Positions 24,823 to 32,573 of a stretch of DNA of 33,833 nucleotides are shown in pieces. The stretch lies in the NCBI GenBank assembly GCA_041489115.1, contig JBGPQQ010000001.1, positions 1-33,833 on the forward strand. Direction: 5' to 3'. The notes beneath the pieces were generated by a model, which saw nothing but the letters and a program-made list of their open reading frames with translations, made no database searches and had not been told where the DNA came from. Made by a program: the position numbers and the translations under genes. Position 1 is the first letter of the stretch, and each line of letters opens with the position of its first letter. Source of the stretch: Vicinamibacteria bacterium (GTDB lineage: Bacteria > Acidobacteriota > Vicinamibacteria > Fen-336).

Positions 24823-26211
24823 TCAGAGTTCCGGCTTCGTTGCCGGACTGGCAGTCCGAGGCCCCGCCCCGGGACGGATCTGGTAGCTCCGGAGCTTGGT
24901 GTGCAGGGTACGCAGCCCGATCCCCAGCACGCGGGCGGCGTCTTTCAGCGTCGGGTAGGCCTCGACGGTGCGGCGGATGATCTCCCGCTCCGCGTCCTCC
25001 ATCCGCGTGCCGACCGGAAGCCGGATCTCGGCCGCCACGGTCGCTTCGCGCACGTTCGCGGGCAGGTCGGCCACGTCGATCTCCACCTTGGGGCTGGTGA
25101 GGGTGAGGCTCTCCATGCAGTTGCGAAGCTCCCGGATGTTGCCCGGCCAGCGATAGCGGGCGAGCTGGGCCAGGGCGTCCGGGGTCAGCCGCTTGGGAGC
25201 GAGGTCGGACTGTCGCGCGACGTCCTCGAGGAAACGCTGGGCGAGCACCGGGATCGCGTCCTGGCGGTCCCGCAGGGGCGGGACGGTGAGCGTGACGACC
25301 TTGAGGCGATAGTAGAGGTCGGAGCGGAAGCGCCCGCTCTCGACGAGCGCTTCCAGGTCGGCGTTGCTCGCGGCGAGGAGATGGATGTCGACCGCGATCT
25401 TGCGCGTGCCGCCCACGCGCCGGAACTCGCGCCGCTCGAGCGCCCGCAGGAGCTTGGCTTGGCAGCCGAGGCCCATCTCGTTGACCTCGTCGAGGAAGAG
25501 GGTGCCCCCGTCGGCGGTCTCCATCACGCCTTCCTTGGGCCGATCCGCGCTCGTGAAGGCCCCCCGCTCGTGGCCGAACAGCTCGCTCTCCAGGAGGGCC
25601 TCGGAGAGCGTCGCGCAGTTCACCGCGACGAAGGGGCCGTCCCGCCGGGGCCCCAGCGAGTGGAGAGCCCGCGCGATCAGCTCCTTGCCCGTCCCGCTCT
25701 CCCCGAGGATGAGGATGGTCGACTGGTGCCGGGCGAGCCTCTTGACGGTGTCGAAGAGCTCGAGCATGGCTCGCGAGCGTCCGATGATCCCGAGCCGGTC
25801 CATCTCCGCGGCGGCCCGCGACGGAGGCGTCGCCAGGACCCCGCTCGCGCTCGCCCGCTCGATGCCCCGGGCCAGGGTCGCGAGGAGGCTCTCGATGTCG
25901 AGGGGCTTGGTGAGGAAATCCGTGGCGCCGCGCTTCATCGCCTCGACGGCGGTGTCGACGGTCCCGAAGCCGGTGACGACGATGGCGGGCAGCCCGGGGT
26001 GCTGCTCGAGCACGGCGTCGAGGACGGCCGCGCCCTCCATGTCCGGGAGCTTCATGTCGAGGATGAGCGCGTGCAGCTTCTCGCGGCGGGCGGCGGCGAG
26101 CGCCGCGCGGCCGTTCGAGGCCTGGCGCACCGCGTAGCCGTTCTTCTCGAGCACCCAGGCCAGGCTCGACCGGCTCTCGGCGTGGTCCTCGACGAGGAGG
26201 ATGGTCTGCAT
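24823..26211 (-). CDS. NtrC-family response regulator (REC + sigma54-interaction AAA+ + Fis-type HTH)
   Basis: The receiver is canonical (LLVEDH, LILDMKLPDMEG, VVTGF, FLTKP). Walker A is GESGTGKE and Walker B is LFLDEV. The sigma54-contact loop reads GAFTSA (25546-25563). The C-terminal HTH is LKDAARVLGIGLRTLHTKL. The ATG overlaps the kinase stop (TGATG). Confidence 0.9.
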   Translation of the reverse strand: MQTILLVEDHAESRSSLAWVLEKNGYAVRQASNGRAALAAARREKLHALILDMKLPDMEGAAVLDAVLEQHPGLPAIVVTGFGTVDTAVEAMKRGATDFLTKPLDIESLLATLARGIERASASGVLATPPSRAAAEMDRLGIIGRSRAMLELFDTVKRLARHQSTILILGESGTGKELIARALHSLGPRRDGPFVAVNCATLSEALLESELFGHERGAFTSADRPKEGVMETADGGTLFLDEVNEMGLGCQAKLLRALERREFRRVGGTRKIAVDIHLLAASNADLEALVESGRFRSDLYYRLKVVTLTVPPLRDRQDAIPVLAQRFLEDVARQSDLAPKRLTPDALAQLARYRWPGNIRELRNCMESLTLTSPKVEIDVADLPANVREATVAAEIRLPVGTRMEDAEREIIRRTVEAYPTLKDAARVLGIGLRTLHTKLRSYQIRPGAGPRTASPATKPEL

Positions 26212-26939
26212 CAGCCGGCCCGCGGCCCCGCCGGCAGCGAGAGGCTGGCGCTGGTGCCTTCGCCCTCGCGGCTTCGCACGGCCAGGGTGCCCCCGTGAGC
26301 CTCCACGATGCGGCGCGCGATGGGGAGCCCCAGCCCGGTCCCGCCCTCGCGCGTCGTGAAGAACGCGTCGAACACGCGGGGGAGGACCTCCTCCGCCATG
26401 CCCTCGCCGGTGTCGCGCACCACGATCTCGAGCGCCCGCGCGTCGCCCCCGGCCTCGATCGCGATCGCGCCGCCGGCCGGCGTCGCCTGGATCGCGTTCA
26501 GCACCAGGTTCAGCACCGCGTGCTTCAGCTGGAAGCCGTCCGCCACGACGGTCTCGGGCCCGCCCGCGACGGCCAGGGAGAGCGACACCCCCTTGCGGGC
26601 GCACTCCGGGCCGATGAACGTCACGAGGTCCGCGAGGAGAGGGCGCACGGCCACCGGCTCCAGCTTCGGGCGGGGCGGCCGGGCGAAGCGCAGGAACTCC
26701 GTCACGAAGTTGTCGAGGCTGCGCAGCTCGTGGGCGATCTTGCCGATCACCTCGAAGACGTGGCGGTTGCGGTCGGGGACGATCTCCGACAGCTCCTGCT
26801 CGAGGATGCCCAGGTTGATCTGCAGGGCGTTGAGCGGGTTCCTGACCTCGTGGGCGATGCCGGCGGCGATCGCCTCGACGAGGGGCGCGTGCGGCTCCGC
26901 GGCGTGCTCCAGGCCGTCTTCGCCCGTCCGGTCACTCAC
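26211..26939 (-). CDS. Soluble minimal histidine kinase (HisKA + HATPase_c only, no sensor or TM domain)
   Basis: The H-box is GIAHEVRNPLNAL, the N-box LVLNAIQA, G1 DTGEGM and G2 GGTGLGLPIA. Only ~25 residues precede the H-box. The start is GTG at 26939. Confidence 0.85.
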   Translation of the reverse strand: MSDRTGEDGLEHAAEPHAPLVEAIAAGIAHEVRNPLNALQINLGILEQELSEIVPDRNRHVFEVIGKIAHELRSLDNFVTEFLRFARPPRPKLEPVAVRPLLADLVTFIGPECARKGVSLSLAVAGGPETVVADGFQLKHAVLNLVLNAIQATPAGGAIAIEAGGDARALEIVVRDTGEGMAEEVLPRVFDAFFTTREGGTGLGLPIARRIVEAHGGTLAVRSREGEGTSASLSLPAGPRAG

Positions 26940-26978
26940 TCCGCAGATGCTAGCCTGTTTTGGCTCCCGTCCGCTCCG

Positions 26979-28526
26979 CTACCACTGCCCCAGGAGCGCG
27001 CTGGGGAAGCGGGCCAGCACCGCGATCGCGTGCTGCATCTCGCGCAGGTCCACGCACTCTCCGACGCGGTGCGTGTTCTGCTCGATGCCGGCGCCGATCC
27101 CGAACATGGCCGGGTGCTTCACGTCGCCGGAGACGACCCAGCGCTTCGCCTCGGGAACCGCGATGGTCCGGTCACCGGCGGGGATGGGGAAGCCGACGCC
27201 GTCCGTCGAGAAGATCCAGCGGTCGACCCGCGGCTCCTTCCGCAGCGCGCCTTCCCGCGCTCCCCCCGGCGCCTCGGCCACGTGGGGCGTCACGACCCTG
27301 CGGTAGGCCTCGACCGCGGCGCGGATCGCCGGGTGGTCCTCGGGCGTCAGCCAGCCCCGGTAGATCTGCGGGTTGTCGGCCAGGTACCCGCGCCACGTCT
27401 TCTCGCGGTACCGCGGGACCGCGACGTCCACCCGCAGCCCGGCCGCTCGCGCCGCGCGCACCGCGTCGAGCGCCTCGACGTCGCGCACCGCCTGCCCCGG
27501 CGTCTCGCCGGCCGTGAGCCTCCGGTCGAAGCGGAAGGTGAGGCGCTCGGGGACCGCGCAGTCGCTCGGCGTGTCGAGCCTCGCCCACGACGCGGTGCGC
27601 GTGCCGTGGCCGAGGAACGGGTGGTCGAGGAAGCCCTCGCGTGCGTCGTAGCGCCGCGCGGCCTCGGCCACGATCGCCCCGCCGTGCTCGAGGGGATTGA
27701 GGCCTTCCCACGGCATCGAGCCGTGGCAGGAACGGCCGGTCACCACCACTTCGATCTGCATCCGCCCGCGCTGGCCGCGGTAGATCCCGAGAGCGCCCTT
27801 CTTGGAGTCGCCCGTGCCCTCGGTGAGGATAACGACGTCGGGGACGAGCTCGGGCGGGGCGCCGGGCAGCACGTGGCCCATCAGGTGGAGGGGTCCGCCG
27901 CCGTCGTTGTCCTCCTCGGCGGCCGTGGCATAGGAGCGCACGATGACGCCGCGCAGCGCCCCCTCGGGCAGAAGCTCGAGCAGGATCTTCGTGGCCACGA
28001 TCTGGGACACGACGCCGGCGAGCTGGTCGGCCGAGCCGCGGCCGAACAGCAGGTGCTCCCGCTCGCCGTCGGGCGGCAGGTAGCCGAGGAGGCCACGGAG
28101 CCCCGAGCGGTCCACGCGGTCGAGGTCCACGAGGCCGTCGTAGGCGTCGATCCCGCCGTTCGTCTTCTCCTGCCACACCGGCCGCAGGGCCTTCACGGTG
28201 TCGGCGTGCCCGTCCATGTAGACGACGCGCTTGTCCCGCGCGCGGACGCCGTCGGCCTCGTCCTGGACGACCCAGACGAGGTTGCCGTACGCGTCGAAGC
28301 CCACGTCCTCCGGACGACGTACGGCGCCCACCTCGACGACCGTGCGCTTCAGGTACTCCATCCGCGGCCCCTCGTGGTTGCTGAGGCCGCAGAGGGGATC
28401 GCCGCCCTCCTCGACTGGCTTGTCCACGTAGTCGGCCGGGATGCGGATCGACTCCTTGAGGATGCGGGCGGCGAGCGGGCGGTAACGGGTGGCGAGGTTG
28501 GCGACCTTGTCGTCGAGCGGGGGCAT
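26979..28526 (-). CDS. M20-family metallohydrolase related to YgeY (selenium-metabolism-linked hydrolase family), with extra insertions (515 aa)
   Basis: MDGHADTV, GRGSADQ, AEEDNDGGG, YRGQRGRMQIEVVVTGRSCHGSMPWEGLNP, CAVPERLTFRFDRRLTAGET and DRWIFSTDG parallel YgeY blocks as I remember them. ATG 28526 lies 4 nt after the upstream TAG. Confidence 0.7.
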   Translation of the reverse strand: MPPLDDKVANLATRYRPLAARILKESIRIPADYVDKPVEEGGDPLCGLSNHEGPRMEYLKRTVVEVGAVRRPEDVGFDAYGNLVWVVQDEADGVRARDKRVVYMDGHADTVKALRPVWQEKTNGGIDAYDGLVDLDRVDRSGLRGLLGYLPPDGEREHLLFGRGSADQLAGVVSQIVATKILLELLPEGALRGVIVRSYATAAEEDNDGGGPLHLMGHVLPGAPPELVPDVVILTEGTGDSKKGALGIYRGQRGRMQIEVVVTGRSCHGSMPWEGLNPLEHGGAIVAEAARRYDAREGFLDHPFLGHGTRTASWARLDTPSDCAVPERLTFRFDRRLTAGETPGQAVRDVEALDAVRAARAAGLRVDVAVPRYREKTWRGYLADNPQIYRGWLTPEDHPAIRAAVEAYRRVVTPHVAEAPGGAREGALRKEPRVDRWIFSTDGVGFPIPAGDRTIAVPEAKRWVVSGDVKHPAMFGIGAGIEQNTHRVGECVDLREMQHAIAVLARFPSALLGQW

Positions 28527-28530
28527 GAAG

Positions 28531-29655
28531 CTACTCCTCGGAGCCGAGGCCCTCGAGGCGGGCGGCGAGGCCGTCGACCTTCGCCGCGGCCAGGAGCGCC
28601 ATGATCACGTACACCTTCTTGTTGGCCTCGCGCGCCACGTCCACGCGGAAGCGCTCCATGACACCCGGGCTCACCTCGGCCCCCATGTCGGCCGGCAGGC
28701 AGTGCAGGTAGAGCGCGTCCTTCGTGAGGCCCATCCGCCGCTCGTCGCAGATCCAGTCGCGGTGGCGGGCGTTCCGCTCGAGCGCGCGCGTCTCGATGTC
28801 GGCCATCCGGGCTTTGTCGCCCTCTCGGTTCGCCTCGACCCGCTCCTGCATGAGGTCCCACGGGCCCCACGACTTCGGGTAGACGGCGTGGGCCCCGGTG
28901 AAGGCCTCGTCCATCGAGGACACGGCCCGGAAGGAGCCGCCCGAGGCCCTGGCGTTGGTGGTGGCCGCGGCCATGGGCTCGTCCATCAAGCGGTAGCCCT
29001 CGGGCTGCGCCAGGGTGACGTGGGCCCCGAAGCGCGTCAGCAGCGTGACGAGCCCCTGCGGCACCGAAAGCGGCTTGGCGTAGCTCGGCGAGTAGGCCCA
29101 GGAGACGGCGATCTTCTTCCCGGCGAGGTCGCCCAGGCGCTCGCGCAGCCACAGGAGGTCGGCCAGCGTCTGCGTGGGGTGGTCCACGTCGCACTGCAGG
29201 TTGACGATGGGGACGACGCGGCGGTCGCCCGTCGCGGCGAGGTAGGCGTCGATCCCGCTCTTCACGTCGCGCATGAAGCGGTTGCCCTCGCCGAGGATGA
29301 GGTCGTGGCGGATGCCGAGGGCGTGCGCGTTCATGCCGAGCATGGCCCCGGTCTCGGCCGCGGTCTCGCCGTGGGCCACCTGCGTCGAGGAGCCGTCGAC
29401 GACCACCGGCTGCATGCCGAGGCGCGCCGCCGCCCCCGCCCAGGCCGACTTGGTGCGCGTCGAGGTGTCGAAAAAGAGGGCGTAGGCGAGCTGGTCGGGG
29501 AGGAGGGCGATCGGCTTCCCAGCGCGGTCGAGGGCCTCGAGCCGGGAGGCGAGGGCGAGGAGCGCGTCGAGGTCGCGCGTGGACCAGTCCTGCGTCAAGA
29601 GGAGGGAGCGTCCGTGGAGAGCGTCGAGGGCGGAGGCGTCCAGGCGGGTCGTCAT
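28531..29655 (-). CDS. ygeW: YgeW-type (knotted) carbamoyltransferase of the Asp/Orn carbamoyltransferase superfamily
   Basis: STRTK, VNLQCDVDHPTQTLADLLWLRE, GKKIAVSWAYSPSYAKPLSVPQG, ASGGSFR, YPKSWGPW and HCLPAD are closely collinear with E. coli YgeW as I remember it. ATG 29655 gives an N-terminus of similar length to YgeW, so the longer track ORF (to 29904) is unlikely. Confidence 0.8.
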   Translation of the reverse strand: MTTRLDASALDALHGRSLLLTQDWSTRDLDALLALASRLEALDRAGKPIALLPDQLAYALFFDTSTRTKSAWAGAAARLGMQPVVVDGSSTQVAHGETAAETGAMLGMNAHALGIRHDLILGEGNRFMRDVKSGIDAYLAATGDRRVVPIVNLQCDVDHPTQTLADLLWLRERLGDLAGKKIAVSWAYSPSYAKPLSVPQGLVTLLTRFGAHVTLAQPEGYRLMDEPMAAATTNARASGGSFRAVSSMDEAFTGAHAVYPKSWGPWDLMQERVEANREGDKARMADIETRALERNARHRDWICDERRMGLTKDALYLHCLPADMGAEVSPGVMERFRVDVAREANKKVYVIMALLAAAKVDGLAARLEGLGSEE

Positions 29656-29773
29656 GGAGCCGTCATTATGGGACAAGCACTCGCGGCGTGCGTCCCGGAT
29701 ATGGGCTATTCTGGATGCTTCCACGAGGCGTGGCCGCGGAGCCGAGCCGCCGTTCAGCAGCGGGAGCGGTCCG

Positions 29774-31228
29774 ATGGCATGGAGGGAGTCGGCATTGACG
29801 AACACCGAGTCCGGCTGGCACCAGCATGGACTTCCGCCGCCGCGCCGGCTCGCTGCGAACAGAGAGGGGCCGGGCCACCTGACGGTCCTCGGCGGGGGGA
29901 TCACGGGCCTCGCCGCCGGGTTCTACGCGCGGCGGCGTGGCCTGCCGGCCACCGTCTACGAGGGGCAGGCGCGTCCCGGAGGCCTCAGCGTCACCTTCGC
30001 GCACGACGGCTTCCTCTTCGATTCGGGGGCGCACCGTTTCCACGACAAGGACCCCGCGATCACGCGCGACGTGCGGGCGCTGCTCGGCGAGGACCTCCGC
30101 GCCGTGGACCGGCCCAGCATGATCTTCGACGGCGGCCGGATGATGAAGTTCCCCTTCCGGCTGACCGACGTTCTCTCGCACCTGGGGCCGAGGGTACTAG
30201 CCCGCGGCGTGCTGGATCTGGCGGCCGTGCGCATGGCGGGTCGGGGCCCAGCACCGGAGAGCTTCGCGGTCCTCGCCACACGGAGGTACGGCCGGACGCT
30301 GGCCGCGCGGTTTCTCCTGGGCTACTCGCGCAAGCTCTGGGGTCTCCCTTGCGAGCGCCTGTCGGTGCGGGTCTCCGGCGACCGGCTGGATGGACTCGAT
30401 CTGCGGCAGTTCCTGCTCCATACGTTCCTCGGTCGGAGACGAGACCAGCGGAGCGCCGACGGGACCTTCTACTACCCCGCTCGCGGCATCGGCATGCTGG
30501 CCGAGGCTCTCGCCCGGGGTTGCGAGCCGCACGGGGTCCGCACCTCCGCGGAGATCCGCCAACTCCACCACGACGGCGCCCGGATCCGCTCCATCGCGGT
30601 GGCCGGGGCGCGGGACCAGGTTCCCGTGGACGCGCTCGCCAGCACCCTGCCGGTGGAACGGCTCCTGGCCATGATGGATCCCCCTCCACCCGAGGGCATC
30701 CTCCGGCTCGCGCGCGACCTGACGCACCGGGACCTCGTGCTGGTCGCCCTCTTCCTCAGGAAGGAGTCCGTCACCGACGCCGCCACCGTCTACTTTCCCG
30801 ATCCGCGAGTCCCGTTCACCCGCGTCACCGAGCCCAGGAACCGGAGCGAGGCCATGAGCCCTCCCGGGCACACGTCGCTGGTGGCGGAGATCCCCTGCGG
30901 GCCCGGGGATCCGGTCTGGAGCGCCGACGACGCCCATCTCGTTCGAATGACGCAGAGGCCGCTCGAGGAGATCGGGTGGGTCCGGGACGGGGAGGTCGTG
31001 GGATCCCAGGTGGTGAGGCTCCGGCACGCGTATCCCGTGTTGTCCCTGGATTTCGAGCGCTCCCTCGGAGCGATCCTCCGGTACCTGGACGGCTTCGGGA
31101 ATCTCACGCTGGCCGGGAGGAACGGCCGGTTCGAGTACGGGTGGATCCACGACATGGTTCGCAGCGGGAGGGACCTCGTGGCTTCGTGCGTCGGCGGTCC
31201 CCTCGTGACGGAAGCCGGCGTCGCGTAG
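29774..31228 (+). CDS. FAD-dependent oxidoreductase (amine-oxidase / protoporphyrinogen-oxidase-like fold)
   Basis: The Rossmann dinucleotide motif is LTVLGGGITGLAAGFYARRRGLPATVYE..ARPGG. The C-terminal family motif is LAGRNGRFEYGWIHD. The start is uncertain: ATG 29774, or TTG 29795, which lies 6 nt after GGAGGGAG. Confidence 0.7.
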   Translation: MAWRESALTNTESGWHQHGLPPPRRLAANREGPGHLTVLGGGITGLAAGFYARRRGLPATVYEGQARPGGLSVTFAHDGFLFDSGAHRFHDKDPAITRDVRALLGEDLRAVDRPSMIFDGGRMMKFPFRLTDVLSHLGPRVLARGVLDLAAVRMAGRGPAPESFAVLATRRYGRTLAARFLLGYSRKLWGLPCERLSVRVSGDRLDGLDLRQFLLHTFLGRRRDQRSADGTFYYPARGIGMLAEALARGCEPHGVRTSAEIRQLHHDGARIRSIAVAGARDQVPVDALASTLPVERLLAMMDPPPPEGILRLARDLTHRDLVLVALFLRKESVTDAATVYFPDPRVPFTRVTEPRNRSEAMSPPGHTSLVAEIPCGPGDPVWSADDAHLVRMTQRPLEEIGWVRDGEVVGSQVVRLRHAYPVLSLDFERSLGAILRYLDGFGNLTLAGRNGRFEYGWIHDMVRSGRDLVASCVGGPLVTEAGVA

Positions 31229-31235
31229 GGGGGCC

Positions 31236-32558
31236 GTGGTGAGGGTCCTCCTGCTTCATCCCGCGCGGAGCGACACGATCGACCGGCTGATCCGCCTGCC
31301 CCCCCTGGGCCTGGCCTGTGTGGCGGGAGCCCTGCGCGCGGCCGGCCACGAGGTTCGCATCCTCGATGCCGCGGTTCTGCCTCGCTGGAAGACGGACCTC
31401 GACGCTCTGCTGTCGGCCTGGCGGCCGCAGGCCGTGGGCATCTCGGCCTCCACCGCCGTCGCGGGCCCAGCGCTCGCCCTGGCCGCGAGGGCCAAGGAGG
31501 GCGACCCCGCCGTCGCGGTCATCCTCGGCGGCGTGCACGCGACCCTGTTCCCGGCGGAGGTCCTGCGAGAAGGAGCGGTCGACTTCGCGGTGCACGGGGA
31601 GGGCGAGCAGACCGCGGTCGAGCTGCTCGCGGCGATTTCCGGCCACGGGCCGATGGACCGCATCCCCGGGATCGCCTTCCGGGACGGGGGCCGGCCGCGG
31701 GTCAACGCCCTGCGGCCTCCCATCGCCAAGCTGGACGACCTCCCGCGGCCGGCCTACGACCTGCTGCCCATGGGGCGCTACTCGACACCCTTCTCGGCCA
31801 CGGGCAGGGTGACATCCATGGTCACCAGCCGCGGCTGCCCGTATCCCTGCACCTTCTGCGACGCGTCCGTCGTCCACGGCAGGAGACACCGGGTCCAGTC
31901 CGCGGAGAGGGTCGTCGAGGAGGTCCACGACCTCGTCCGCGAGCACGGAGTCCGCGAGGTGCTCTTCAAGGACAGCGAGTTCACGCTGGACCGCGATCGG
32001 GTCGAGCGCTTCTGCGACCTCATGATCGCCCGCGGGCTTCGCGTGAGCTGGACCTGCAGCGCCCGCGTCGATCGCGTGGACGGACCGCTGCTGCGCCGGA
32101 TGGCCACCGCGGGTTGTCGTGTGATCCAGTTCGGGGTGGAGTCGGCTGATCCGGCGGTCCTCGCCGCGTTGAAGAAGGGGATCGCCGCGGGGGAGGTCCG
32201 CGAGGCGTTTCGATCGGCCCGGGCCGCCGGGATCGAGACCGTGGCCAACCTCATGGTCGGCGCACCGGGGGAAACGCCGGGCTCCATCGAGGCGACCCGG
32301 CGGCTCGTCCGGGAGATCCGGCCGGACCACCTCAACGTCCAGATCCTCGTGGCGTACCCGGGGACGGAGTTGCACCGGACCCTAGAGGGCCGCCCCCCGG
32401 TGGCGGAGGCGGAGGCCCGCCGGAGGCGAAGGAGGCTCCTGCGGTCCTTCTACCTTCGACCGGGCCGAATCGTGGGAAGGATGCTCACGCTGAACCCGCA
32501 GCACTGGCGGCAGAACGCCGCCGCGGCGGCGCAGATGCTGGGGATCGGAAACGGTTAG
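31236..32558 (+). CDS. B12-binding-domain radical SAM enzyme (class B rSAM)
   Basis: The N-terminal cobalamin-binding-like domain has VLLLHP…PPLGLACVAGALRAAGHEV…VILGGVHAT. The rSAM cluster motif is SRGCPYPCTFCD. The GTG start at 31236 lies 7 nt after the upstream stop. Confidence 0.8.
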   Translation: MVRVLLLHPARSDTIDRLIRLPPLGLACVAGALRAAGHEVRILDAAVLPRWKTDLDALLSAWRPQAVGISASTAVAGPALALAARAKEGDPAVAVILGGVHATLFPAEVLREGAVDFAVHGEGEQTAVELLAAISGHGPMDRIPGIAFRDGGRPRVNALRPPIAKLDDLPRPAYDLLPMGRYSTPFSATGRVTSMVTSRGCPYPCTFCDASVVHGRRHRVQSAERVVEEVHDLVREHGVREVLFKDSEFTLDRDRVERFCDLMIARGLRVSWTCSARVDRVDGPLLRRMATAGCRVIQFGVESADPAVLAALKKGIAAGEVREAFRSARAAGIETVANLMVGAPGETPGSIEATRRLVREIRPDHLNVQILVAYPGTELHRTLEGRPPVAEAEARRRRRRLLRSFYLRPGRIVGRMLTLNPQHWRQNAAAAAQMLGIGNG

Positions 32559-32573
32559 GGCTCGCCACCCTCT

